From the NCBI RefSeq assembly GCF_004010195.1, contig NC_057718.1, positions 45,362,717-45,426,716 on the forward strand: a stretch of DNA of 64,000 nt, written 5' to 3'. The notes beneath the pieces were generated by a model that saw only the letters and a program-made list of their open reading frames with translations, had not been told where the DNA came from and did not search any database. This stretch comes from Chiloscyllium plagiosum. Taxonomy: Eukaryota. This document shows, in pieces, positions 53,741-64,000 of this stretch (positions within the stretch are counted from its first letter, which is position 1; the number at the start of each line of letters is the position of its first letter). A program made the translations under genes and the position numbers.

Positions 53741-54696
53741 TTATTTACACATTGTCAGGCAAAAATGCAATTTCCATGTTTGGATTTTAGTTAGCATGTC
53801 ACTTTGGGCAGCAATGGCTCTCAACATTGTTCACAACCTATGACTCCCTCACACTACACAGTGTTTCGCACCCAATCATTAACCCATCAACAGTCTCTTA
53901 TCAATCATGACTCTAAAATTATTAACAGCTTCATCTCCCCATCGTACACTTAGCACTGCTACAAGCCTTACACACACATCCCACAACTTGTACATAGCCA
54001 GCTGATCAATCATAACAACCGCATTATTCACACATATTGCACAACATTCATTCCTTTCTTATAAAACAATGTGGCACGTGCAGAAGCAGGAAGGGACATC
54101 ATGGAAGTAAATATGATTAAGCCAATGCCTCTGGTTCGACCATAATCACAAAAGATGACAGTGTTTTCCTACTCGGTACTCCTCTTCTGACTTACAAGTT
54201 GCAGATGGTGAAAGTCTGCACTTCTTGTTTCCCTCCACATAAACTCATCATTACCCTAATTTGAAGCTTTTTCATGAAGATGTCGAAGACCTTCAGTCCA
54301 GCCAAGTCACGATGGAAGAATTGAAGACAGTGAAGATGAAGAAGCCACATCATCTATGCACTCACTCTCAGCCACCAGCTCAGATATTGATGTTGCATGT
54401 ACTTTAAAGGCTGTCTTTGAGCCAGATCTTGATGTGATGACATATTGGTGTGAGTTGCATGTAGGCAAACAGGGTACAGGATGGCATGGCAATATTCTTT
54501 TTAGTGTGGTAGTGGTGGCCAATTGCATTAGTGTACCTGCAGACCATTCGTGGTGCAGTGTCTGATGATCTCTGATTCAGCTTCCAGTGTAGCACTGCCA
54601 AACTCTTTTTCATATCATTGCAGAGTGGAGCAATGGATTGACATCATGCAAGGTTAGTCTTCTGCTGCACAAACTCAGACTGCTCTTTGGAAGCTT

Positions 54697-54899
54697 TAGA
54701 ATCATAGAATCCCTTCAGTATGGAAGCAGGCCAATTGACCCATTGAGTCCACACCGCCCCTCCAAAGTGCATCCCACCCAGACCCACCCCATACTCTATC
54801 CCTGTAACCCTGCATTCCACATGGCTAATCTACCTAGCTTACACATCCCTGGACACTATGACCAATTTAGCATGGCCAGTCCGCCTAACCTGCACATTC
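54697..54899 (-). mobile_element. HE1/V-SINE-like 3' fragment
   Basis: Matches 23933-24100. Confidence 0.8.
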
Positions 54900-55539
54900 T
54901 GCTGTTATTGTACCTGCAGATACCACTGTACATGGGGCTTGCAGAGTATAACAGCAATCCAGCAATCTTCCCTCCAAGTTGTTGGGATTGCTGAGGCTGC
55001 ACCCCAGGCTTGATGGTGCTCAAACCTACTGTCTTCTCTTCGGATACTGCTGTTTATCTACCCTTTACTGCAACTGCAGCAGTTCCCTGCAGTAGCCTGT
55101 CACTGCTGCCAGGAAGGTATAAGCTGAAACTTTCTAGGCTCACAGCAGCTCAAAGCCATTCTTTAAAGCCATCTTCAGTCTGCTCCACACTGCATAGCAA
55201 CACTAGGACAGGTAAAGGCACTTGCATGTGTGGCATTAAGGAAATATATGTGGGTGATTAATTGACATTTTGCAAAGAAATGTCATGGTTTGATTTATGA
55301 ACTTTGCTTGAAATATTTATTTTGTGGTGGCTTTGTGGCTGAACTACACCATCTCAAATAATCCAAGCAGAATAAACATGATTTAAACACTGTAATTCTA
55401 CACTATTACATTTCGCACGGCAGTGGAGCTTTTATTCTATGCTCGCTTCTTTTTAAGTATGCACCGGAGTCATGAACGAAGTTGTCAAAGTGAAGCCCAG
55501 TAGCATGTGCATGTTTGAGTTGGCAAAAGCCATTAGCAC

Positions 55540-55965
55540 AGTAAAATAGAGCAGATCGAAAGCATCGTGAATATTTTCAGGATAATTGAGCTTTAACCTG
55601 CATGATATGCTGCTCCTGGTAAGTCACCAACTGAAACATGGGAAGTTGGACTCCTATTGGTTGTGGTACATCTCAGAGCTGTCTTGTGGTGCCCACAATA
55701 TAATGTATATACAATGAATGGCCTTCTGCAGCCTGGGGAAGCCTGCAATCCTGGGAAAGCCTCATGCTTAGACCCATACTATATTCCAATAAGAGAAAAT
55801 GAAACAATTTTAACTCTCTCTTGGAATATAGAGCTTCAGCTACTTTCTGTATGAAGCAGTGGACTGCAGACTGGGAGATGTTGCTTATGTCATTGGTTGA
55901 AGCCTGATTGGAGCCATATTCATCAAGGTTCATGATCACAGTTACTTTCACAGCTACTGGCAAAG
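55540..55965 (-). pseudogene. PIF/Harbinger DDE transposase remnant
   Basis: MPVAVKVTV...ISNISQSAVHCFIQKVAEALYSK, RIAGFPRLQKAIHCIYI...AP, QLV...QHIMQV...YPENIHDAF; colinear with HARBI1-type motifs, with frameshifts and stops. Confidence 0.88.
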
Positions 55966-57194
55966 CCAGTTTTGTCCTGCTGCGAGGCTGTAGTTGTGGT
56001 TGTGGCAGATATCAAGTTTCCATAAAGACGTTTTTAGTGAAGTAGAGTAATTTAATAGCCTGTTTGAGGCTGGAGTTGAGGTAGAAGAATTGCTCACTGA
56101 ACCACCTGTATTGATGGCCTGCTGAGAGCCCAATTTCCACCACCTCCATCTCTTCCTTTGCCTTCTTACAGCAGTTTTTCTGCTCTGTGATGCCACTGTC
56201 AACTCTACTGTTATGCTATAGTCCAAGGCTAACGCATACTACGGCGCGTAGGTCTGAATGCAAATAGACAAAATCCTTGATATCAGGGCCCACAATAGGT
56301 CCCATCTCAGTCTCTTCAAACTTCCAAACATGTAAAAGAACTGTGAAAACCATCACAAGCATGTACAATTTCACTATGAGCCAGTAAAAATGAATTAGCA
56401 ACTGACTTGAAGGTAGTTAATAATCCCTTTCAAATAGTGTTGGAACCATTTCCTGATTCTAAATGGTTGTTTAGCTGTGTGTAGTTAAAATATGTTAGCC
56501 AGAAGCTAACTTCAAATTATACATACTGGCACCAAAATCAACTTTTAATAATGATTGGCACCAGGGTCTGCCTAGTTTGCATATTTCTGCTAGATTTACA
56601 CATCATAATCATCTGACTGGAATAGTATCAGATGTAGCTCACACCAATAGCGCAATGCTGACCATGGACACTATGTTATGAGCAAAATGATGCTTGTAGT
56701 GCCAGAAATCCTAGAAATGTACTTGAGTATCTTACATGCCATTTCTAAACATGTAAGACATCTGTACACATGTATTTTAGAGCATTACTGATTGTGATTC
56801 TGACTGATGTTTTAAATTTGCCAGTTCGTCTAATTATAGCAGTTTAACTGCCAACCCAATGAAGATTGAATAAATCAGTAAAGAAAAGGAGAGTTACCTA
56901 GAAGCTTTCAGACCTGTTGGGTTCAGGTGCGTATTAGCCTTACCAAGTGAACAAGTAGAAGAACTATTAAAACTTAAATTAGCAGTAGGGGAGTCATTAC
57001 TTGCATCCGACCAACTTATGATTTGAAATCTTTTCATTGTCAGTTGCAAAATGGTTTATGCTCTCAAATGTTATATAATTAGGAAAATCTTAGTGTCCAA
57101 GCCAGAATGAATTATGAATTTTTTTTTAACAAAAGGGACAACCTAATAGCAGCAATAAGAATAATTATTGCCCATTTTTTATCTTTTCTCGTAG

Positions 57195-57262
57195 CTGATT
57201 TTGGAGATTATGGACAGTATGAATCCCAGGATTTCCTCCAGGAATATGTTTTGTTCCCAATG
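57195..57262 (+). CDS. PTPN14: PTPN14 internal coding exon, FERM domain (68 bp)
   Basis: Acceptor ttttctcgtag, donor atg|gtaagt. (A)DFGDYGQYESQDFLQEYVLFPM; in phase with the previous exon. Confidence 0.95.
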
Positions 57263-58129
57263 GTAAGTGAAATGAATATAAGCTATATGAAATATATAGA
57301 TCATAAATTGTATTGATTAAAGATTTATGGTTATGTAATGAAAAATATTTTTATGTCTAACCCTCCCTGGGATCATAAAAGTTCATAAATGAAGGCATCT
57401 CTATAATATTGACCCAAATAGACTCACAGTATATCGGTATATTTCAACATAGTCCTGAAGTTTCATCACACGACTTCCAAACACTTAGCCAAGTCAACCA
57501 ATCTTTTCTTTCCTAATTTTAGGTGTTTCCATCTTCTCAAAGAAATGCTTTCACAAAATATTGAGAGAAACCCTTTTTTTTAGTGCCCTACAATTTTTCA
57601 GCCGGCAATTTCAAGGAGATCAATTCATAAGGCCTTAATTCAGGACAATTGAGAAGGGTTAGAAACCTTAAACTTATATCAGGGTCACTGTCAGGATTAT
57701 GTCATATTTAATTCATTCAGATCTACGAGCCCACCATTTATATTTAAGATTATCTGACAATTCCCCTTACACACCAACAGTATTCTGATATCAACATAAT
57801 GGAAGATAGTGGTTCTGGGGAATAAAGTCAACCATGAGACTGTTTGATCATTTTAAATATGCTGTTTCTTTTTATTAGATTATGAGCTATTTCTGTGTCA
57901 TGGGCCTTTTCCTCCAAAGCACTGGACAGGAATTGCCTAGATTTATTTAGGATGAATGCCATCAGCACAGAGAGCCAACTTTCATTCAGTTTCTTGGGAC
58001 CGGATTCAAATTGAGTCCCAAAGTGAAAAAAAAGTAACTTCCTAAACAATGAACTTATTTTCTAAATTTATTTTAATAGTTTCAGCAAATGGCCAATATG
58101 CAGAAATTGGGCTTTCTGCAATAACATGC

Positions 58130-59040
58130 ATTTCTAAACACCTTCAATACAATAAAATATGCCAAGGGACTTCACAAAAGCTTTAGGAAACAAACTGTGC
58201 AGAAGGAGAGTATAACACAGGTGGAGAGGTGTAGAGAGAGCTTTGACAGATGAAGACATCAACACTGTTGGTGGAACAAATAAAATTGGCAATGCTATAA
58301 AGACAAGAACTAGCAGAGCAAAGATATCTTTGAGGTTTGTTTGAGGAGATTTCAAAGATTGGGAAGATGAGGCCATGGAGAAATTGGAAAACATGGATAC
58401 ACATTTTAAAATAGAAGTATTGTTTAGCTGAAAGTCAACACAGGTTAACTTGCACAGGGCTGATAAATGAACAGAACTTGGTGCCAGGGTTGAGGGTGAG
58501 AGGGAAAAGATATAAATGAGACCTAAGGGGCAACTTTTTCACACAGAAGGTGGTACTGGTATGGAATGAGCTGCCAGAGGAAGTGGTGGAGGCTGGTACA
58601 ATTGCAGCATTTAAGAGACATTTGGATGGGTATACGAATAGGAAAGGTTTGGAGGGATATGGGCTGGGTGCTGGCAGGTGGGACTAGATTGGGTTGGGAT
58701 ACCTGGTCGGCATGGACGTGTTGGACCGAAGGGTCTGTTTCTATGCTGTATATCTCTATGACTCTCTGAAGTTTATGGAGGGTAGAACGTGGAATGCCAA
58801 CCAGAAGTCAATTGGGGCAGTCAAGCCTAGAAGTTAAAATGACATGAAATGAGGATTTCAACAGCAGATGAGCTGAGGTAGAATGGAGTTGCGTGATGTT
58901 ATGCAAGCAATCTTCATGATGACATGTTATTGGAAGTTCAGCTTGGCATCAAGTATAGGTTGCAAATATTCAACTGGTTGAAGAAAGGGCTGGGCGGAGG
59001 AAGGAAATGGTAAGCAAAGTTAAGGATCACGTGATGGGAC
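58130..59040 (-). mobile_element. L2-type LINE 3' fragment interrupted by CR1
   Basis: L2-like tail near 58125-58180 and purine-rich body. Confidence 0.6.
58485..58767 (+). mobile_element. Young CR1 3' end
   Basis: tggaatgagctgccagaggaagtggtggaggctggtaca...ggaccgaagggtctgtttc; CpGs retained. Confidence 0.9.
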
Positions 59041-59079
59041 TGTGACATTAATTCTTGACCAATATGTAGCTTTAGACAT

Positions 59080-60315
59080 GATTAACTATCCTATCCAGCT
59101 GGGTGAGCTTGCTCTCACCTGGTTTCATTTCTAGATAGCTACCATATCAAAAGCATCACTTCCAATTATTGCTCCTCTTGTTTCCAATTGATTACTTTTA
59201 GTGTCACCCAAGAATCTGTTTCTCCATTGAAATTTTCTCCATTTGAAATATTGAGAGAGCTAAAATCGTTGTTTTCAACGTACATTTCAAATTCTCTTTT
59301 CTAGTTATCAGCTCCATCCCTCTCCCTGGCAAATGTCTGGAAACTAAACCACACTGTGTCATTTTGACCTCATGAATTTTCAACCATTTTCAGACTTTCA
59401 CTAAGACTGCCTATTTCTATCTTTTTAACATTGCTTAACCCCCCAGCCCCTACATTTCTCAGCCTATGATGTTTATTTGTACATAGGATAGTAGAATCAT
59501 TATTATTGCTGCTGAAATCCTGAGGTGATTGGCCATACTGAATGGTTTTATGCTCCTGGTTTATGTGCTACGTTCTAGCCTGCCTATGTAAAATCCTCCA
59601 AAGCTCTGTTTCCTAACACTACCAGGTCCCATCAATAGGATCAACTATTGATGGGACCTGCTCTTGGTCAAGCAACATCACAGAATCCCTACAGTGTGGA
59701 AGCAGGTCATCTGGCCCATTGAGACCCTTTGAAGAGCATCCCACCCAGGCCTACCCACCCGAATCTATTCCTTTTAACTCTGCATTTACCATGGCTAATC
59801 CACATAATCAACACCTCATTTGGACTGTGGGAGGAAACCGGAGCACTGAAGGAAACCCATGCAGATAAAGAGAGAATATGCAGACTCTGCACAGTCACCC
59901 AAAGAGATCCCTCATAATTTCAAAATTCTCACCCATGTTTTAATATTTATCCATGGTTCCAATTCTCCGTTTCCCTGTAACTTCCTCCCCTCCCATAACG
60001 ATCCAAGGTATTTATACGTATCTAATTATGGCCGTTTCACCTTCTCCAGTTTAATCGCTCCACTCCTGGTAGAAACTATGTTTTGGTTGCATCAGTTCTA
60101 TGCTGATGGGTTCACTCTTTACAGTCCTGTGCCTTGTTTTCTGAATTTAAGTCACTCTTTTTGAAACCTAACTCCTCCACCAGTTATTTGGTTCTCTGGC
60201 CCTGCACTACCTTTTATGATTTGGTATCATACATTTTGTTTCATAATGCTGCTGTGAAGCACCTTAGATATATCATTACATTAAACGTGGTATATCAATC
60301 CAATGTTAGTGTTAT
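59080..60315 (+). mobile_element. L2-type LINE remnants
   Basis: agtgtcacccaagaatctgt (degraded GVPQGS) and tail gctgtgaagcaccttagat...gttagttgtta. Confidence 0.55.
59681..59900 (-). mobile_element. HE1/V-SINE-like fragment
   Basis: Matches 35050-35275. Confidence 0.8.
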
Positions 60316-61189
60316 AAGCTAAAACTCTAAACTGAGGAACCTACTTAATGTAATTAAACATAACTGACTCAAAATATTCTGCATTTCTAACTCCATGAAC
60401 CTGGGAAAGCAACTGAGTTTCACCATGGTTTGTAGATTGTAGGCTTTGCCTCAAAAACATAATTGTCTAATGCTGTTTTGATACAGGACAGGCAACTTGC
60501 CTTGTTTAACCATGTGACATAGCTTAAGGAATTAACTTTGGCTCATAAAAGCAGACTCTTTGAAAAAAGGTCATCATGATTTCTTGTACTGAAGAAATTA
60601 TTGGCCTGCTGATGTACAGTCATTAGAGGTATGAACAGAAAGCTAGCTGCCTGTGTTGTGAAATAGACTGAGAATAGTGAACATTCCCTAGTATTGCTCA
60701 TTTTTGTCAGGGCTATGAAACCAACAAATAGAAAGAAAATTGCAGATAATTTTCCTTTGAATAAGACTCCAGTACTATTTGGTTATAGAACAGCATTGGA
60801 AATGGGATAGTATTATGGAGGTGATGAACCCAGAGAATTACCATGTAAATAAAGCTAACTTTTGATTTAAACAAATCTGAAGCTTCAGGCATTCTGAGGA
60901 ACCATGCAGTGCAGTATTAAAATGCTTAACACAGTAAATCATTTATGGAAATGTAGCCTGATCTTTTAGGCTCTGGATCAGTTTGTACTTGGACAGATCT
61001 TGTAACCTCAGTTGTTACATTTGTAAGAGGAACATTTCTAAAGACTTAATCTTCATATATTGTGTATCATATCAAATAATGCTATACAAACAACAGCATT
61101 TGCAACAGTTTTTTTCACTCCATCATTGAGTAAAGAGAGTATAAGTACACAAATCATGACACTTTGAAACATTGTATTTTCATGTTTTT

Positions 61190-61550
61190 ATTTAATCAAA
61201 CCATGTGCTAAGATTTATTTTTAGAGGGATAGAATTCAAAAGCAAAGACTTACATTAAACATGAGCCTAACCAAGGTTAGGCCGCACCTGGTGTATCAAA
61301 TACATTTTTGATTTCCATATTATTAAAAAAAGATATAAAGGAACTGGAGAGAGTGCAGAATATGTTTACAAGGATGATGTCAAGAAAAGATTAACAGGCT
61401 GTGTCTGCTTCCTTCAGAATAGACCGGGGTGAGGAGTGAGGATTTTATAAATTAGATTCAGATACAATGTTTTCATTTGTGGGGAAGAGCAAAGATAGAG
61501 GTCATTAATAAGACAGTAACAAAAAAATTAAAGAATTCAAAAAAACTCAT
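61190..61550 (+). mobile_element. Old CR1 3' fragment
   Basis: VRPHL...KKDIKELERVQNMFTRMM motif. Confidence 0.7.
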
Positions 61551-61802
61551 TTTACTTCATCATGGGGTCTGTAGCTGAGTATGGTACCTTGAGAGCTCAT
61601 TTGCAGCTTGCAACTTTTATTAGCCAGTTGTCAGTCTTGGGAAAAAAAAGTATGGATACAATTTTTGAGACTGGCAATGCAAAGAACTAAAAACTAACAC
61701 CATTCTCCTGTGGGAGTCAAAGGCTAATAATTTTGCATTTCAACTTTTCAAATGTTTTTAATGATACAGCATTATACTTCAAATGGATGTGTTCATGTCA
61801 TG

Positions 61803-64000
61803 TGTAGTGATTGTAATGAGGTCAGCCAAGTCTAGAATGAGTTTTCTGATTGGACCTGATTAACAGCCCCACTCAGGGAGCCCTGGCTGATAGATTTAAC
61901 TGATCCATTTAACTGATCCAGTTCCCTCCAAACCAGCTCTCAGAGGCTCCGTTCACTCTGAGAGCTGACTTGGAGGGAACTGGATCAGTGTCAAGTGCTC
62001 TCCGTGTGTAAATAAAGGATGACTTGGTGAGAGGATACTGGCCTCTATGGAGTCATGTCAGTGGCAACAAGATTAAAGCACACTCCTGAAGAAATTCGCT
62101 CACAGCAATCATCTCTGAGTTCGGGTAAGCATTTCTGGCGTCATGCCTTTATTTGTGAAGTTTGACTCATTCAATCCTGCCATCAACTACTGGGCCAAGT
62201 ATGTGGAAATTTTTCTGGGCAAATTACATTGGGACAGATTAAAAATAATGAGTAATTCTCCTGACTGTTTGTGGACCCGCAGCTCTTTGGGTAATGAAGA
62301 ACCTAACTCTCTCTGAGTGACCAGATACTAAAACTTTTCAAGAGTTGATCATTTAGTTAAGGATTATTATGACCCCAAACTGCCTCTAATTTGGACATGC
62401 TATTGATTTAATTCAACAATTCGAGAACCAGGGGAATCCATATTGGGATTTTTGACTATGTTAACATGACTAGCAGAGATAGGTGACTTTGATTTAACTC
62501 TTAATGAGATGCTAAGAGACAATTTGCTATATGACAGTAATTATATAACCATGCAAAAGTACCCACTAGCTGAAGCCCAACTGGACTGGCTTTGTCATTG
62601 GAAAATGCCGCAAATTGAGCATATGAGTTGCGGTGTAATCCGATAGAAGTGGATACCCTCGCCAGGCGGGCTGAGCTGTGGAACACCACTTGAGTGAAGG
62701 CAATTGCATAGTTTCACTCAGTACATATTCTAAACAGAGGGACTCTAGGTCAGCCCACAACAAAACCCTGAAACAAAGCCAAACCTCAGCCAAATGTTTC
62801 AATATTTCTTAAGGATCCAGGCATGCTTTTTTAGTTGCTGCTGATATGTGAACCTGAGACAGCAAAAGAGCCCAACTTGACCTAAATTGAGTAAGATATC
62901 TCCTGGGCTGGTATTCAGGAGAGTACACACCTTGAAAAGTCCACCTACATCTGGTTTGCAACAGTTAAATTGCATAGCAACATCCAAATTAGAATCAGTC
63001 AAAACAAACCTCTGGTTAAATAGTCATCTGGTTCTAATGGAGGTTAATACCAGTTTCAGTGATCGTAGAACCAATCTTTAACAATGTTCATTCTGGATTC
63101 CAACCCTTGGGTTTGCAGAAGACCTTGGCTCGACTAAGAATCTATACTGAGGACCCTTCACAAATTAAGGGTACAGCTTTGATTACAGTCTCTTATGCGA
63201 AGCAGCTGGTTTAGTTACCACTGATTGTAATGAAGGTAAATGAGGTAAATTAGTTGAGAAAGATTCACCTAGATTGGCTCAACATTTTTCAATTAGAAAA
63301 GGCTGCCTGACTAGCTAAGTACTGGGCGTTTCTTCAGGAACGTCTAGGGAGTATCAAAGGAGCCAAGGCTACCTTGCCTGTTGACCAGGAAGCAATTCCA
63401 TGATTCTGCAAGGCCTGCCTAGTGCCATTTGCCTTGTGGGCAAAAGTAAAGGCAGAAATCAGAAGGCTGGCAAGCAAAGGAATCATCAAACCAGTTTGCA
63501 AAATGGGCAGCGTTGGTCGTACCGATTTATGAAGCTTGACAAGTTGATTTGCCTTTGTGTGGATTTTAAACATACAGTAAACTGCTGGCTAAATACCCAG
63601 TCCCTGGCATAGAGGATTTATATGAAAAGCTGGCAGACAGAATGTCCTTCATGAAGCTGGACATGAGCCATGCGTACTTGCAATTGTAATTAAATAATGA
63701 GTCCTGTAGGTATGCTGCAGTTCATACCCAAAAGGGTTTTGTACCGATGTACAACACTGCCATTTGATGTATCATCGGCCTGTGCAATTTTTCAATGAAC
63801 GATAAAGAATATTTTACAATGTCTACCCCATGTTGCCATTTATCCAAATGGTGTGCTAATAACAGGGAAGACTAATAAGGAGCACTTAGAGAACTCAGAC
63901 ATAGTCTTCAGACGTTTCTCCCTGGTGGACATAAGCCTTAGAAGTGAAAGGTATGTGTTCCAGGCACCCCTGGTCAGCCCACGTGACAAGACCGGATTAC
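61803..64000 (+). mobile_element. Gypsy-type LTR retrotransposon, 5' LTR plus decayed gag-pol (runs off the window)
   Basis: LTR TG...CA at about 61803-62060 with aataaa; PBS-like tggcaacaag at 62062; gag start MPLFVKFDSFNP at 62143; RT remnant FMKLDMSHAYLQL near 63650; many stops. Confidence 0.88.

Noticed and set aside
57263..64000. Next PTPN14 exon
   Set aside because: No convincing continuation of the FERM sequence found by eye; probably beyond the window.

Overview
Vertebrate genomic DNA, not microbial; the repeat families point to a shark (inference). The window lies inside a + strand gene recognised as PTPN14, with three internal FERM-domain coding exons (11408-11577, 46642-46739, 57195-57262) that splice in frame across introns of 35064 and 10455 bp. 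The start exon and later exons were not found in the window. The introns are densely filled with decayed mobile DNA: Penelope-like elements (PLEs), CR1/L2/RTE/Rex-type LINE fragments, tRNA-derived SINEs, Tigger-like MITEs, PIF/Harbinger remnants and the 5' part of a Gypsy LTR element. The most notable signal is about 10 minimal type I hammerhead ribozyme motifs from at least 4 PLE families, several with intact cores on the pre-mRNA strand. Three PLE insertions (about 1.65 kb, 215 bp and 68 bp) share the same asymmetric fold-back architecture with 12 bp target duplications. PLE hammerheads are a known class; whether these copies act on the host transcript is untested. Nearly all ORFs in the supplied track are spurious or are TE remnants. 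Family assignments come from motif recognition, not database searches, and boundaries without a TSD are approximate.
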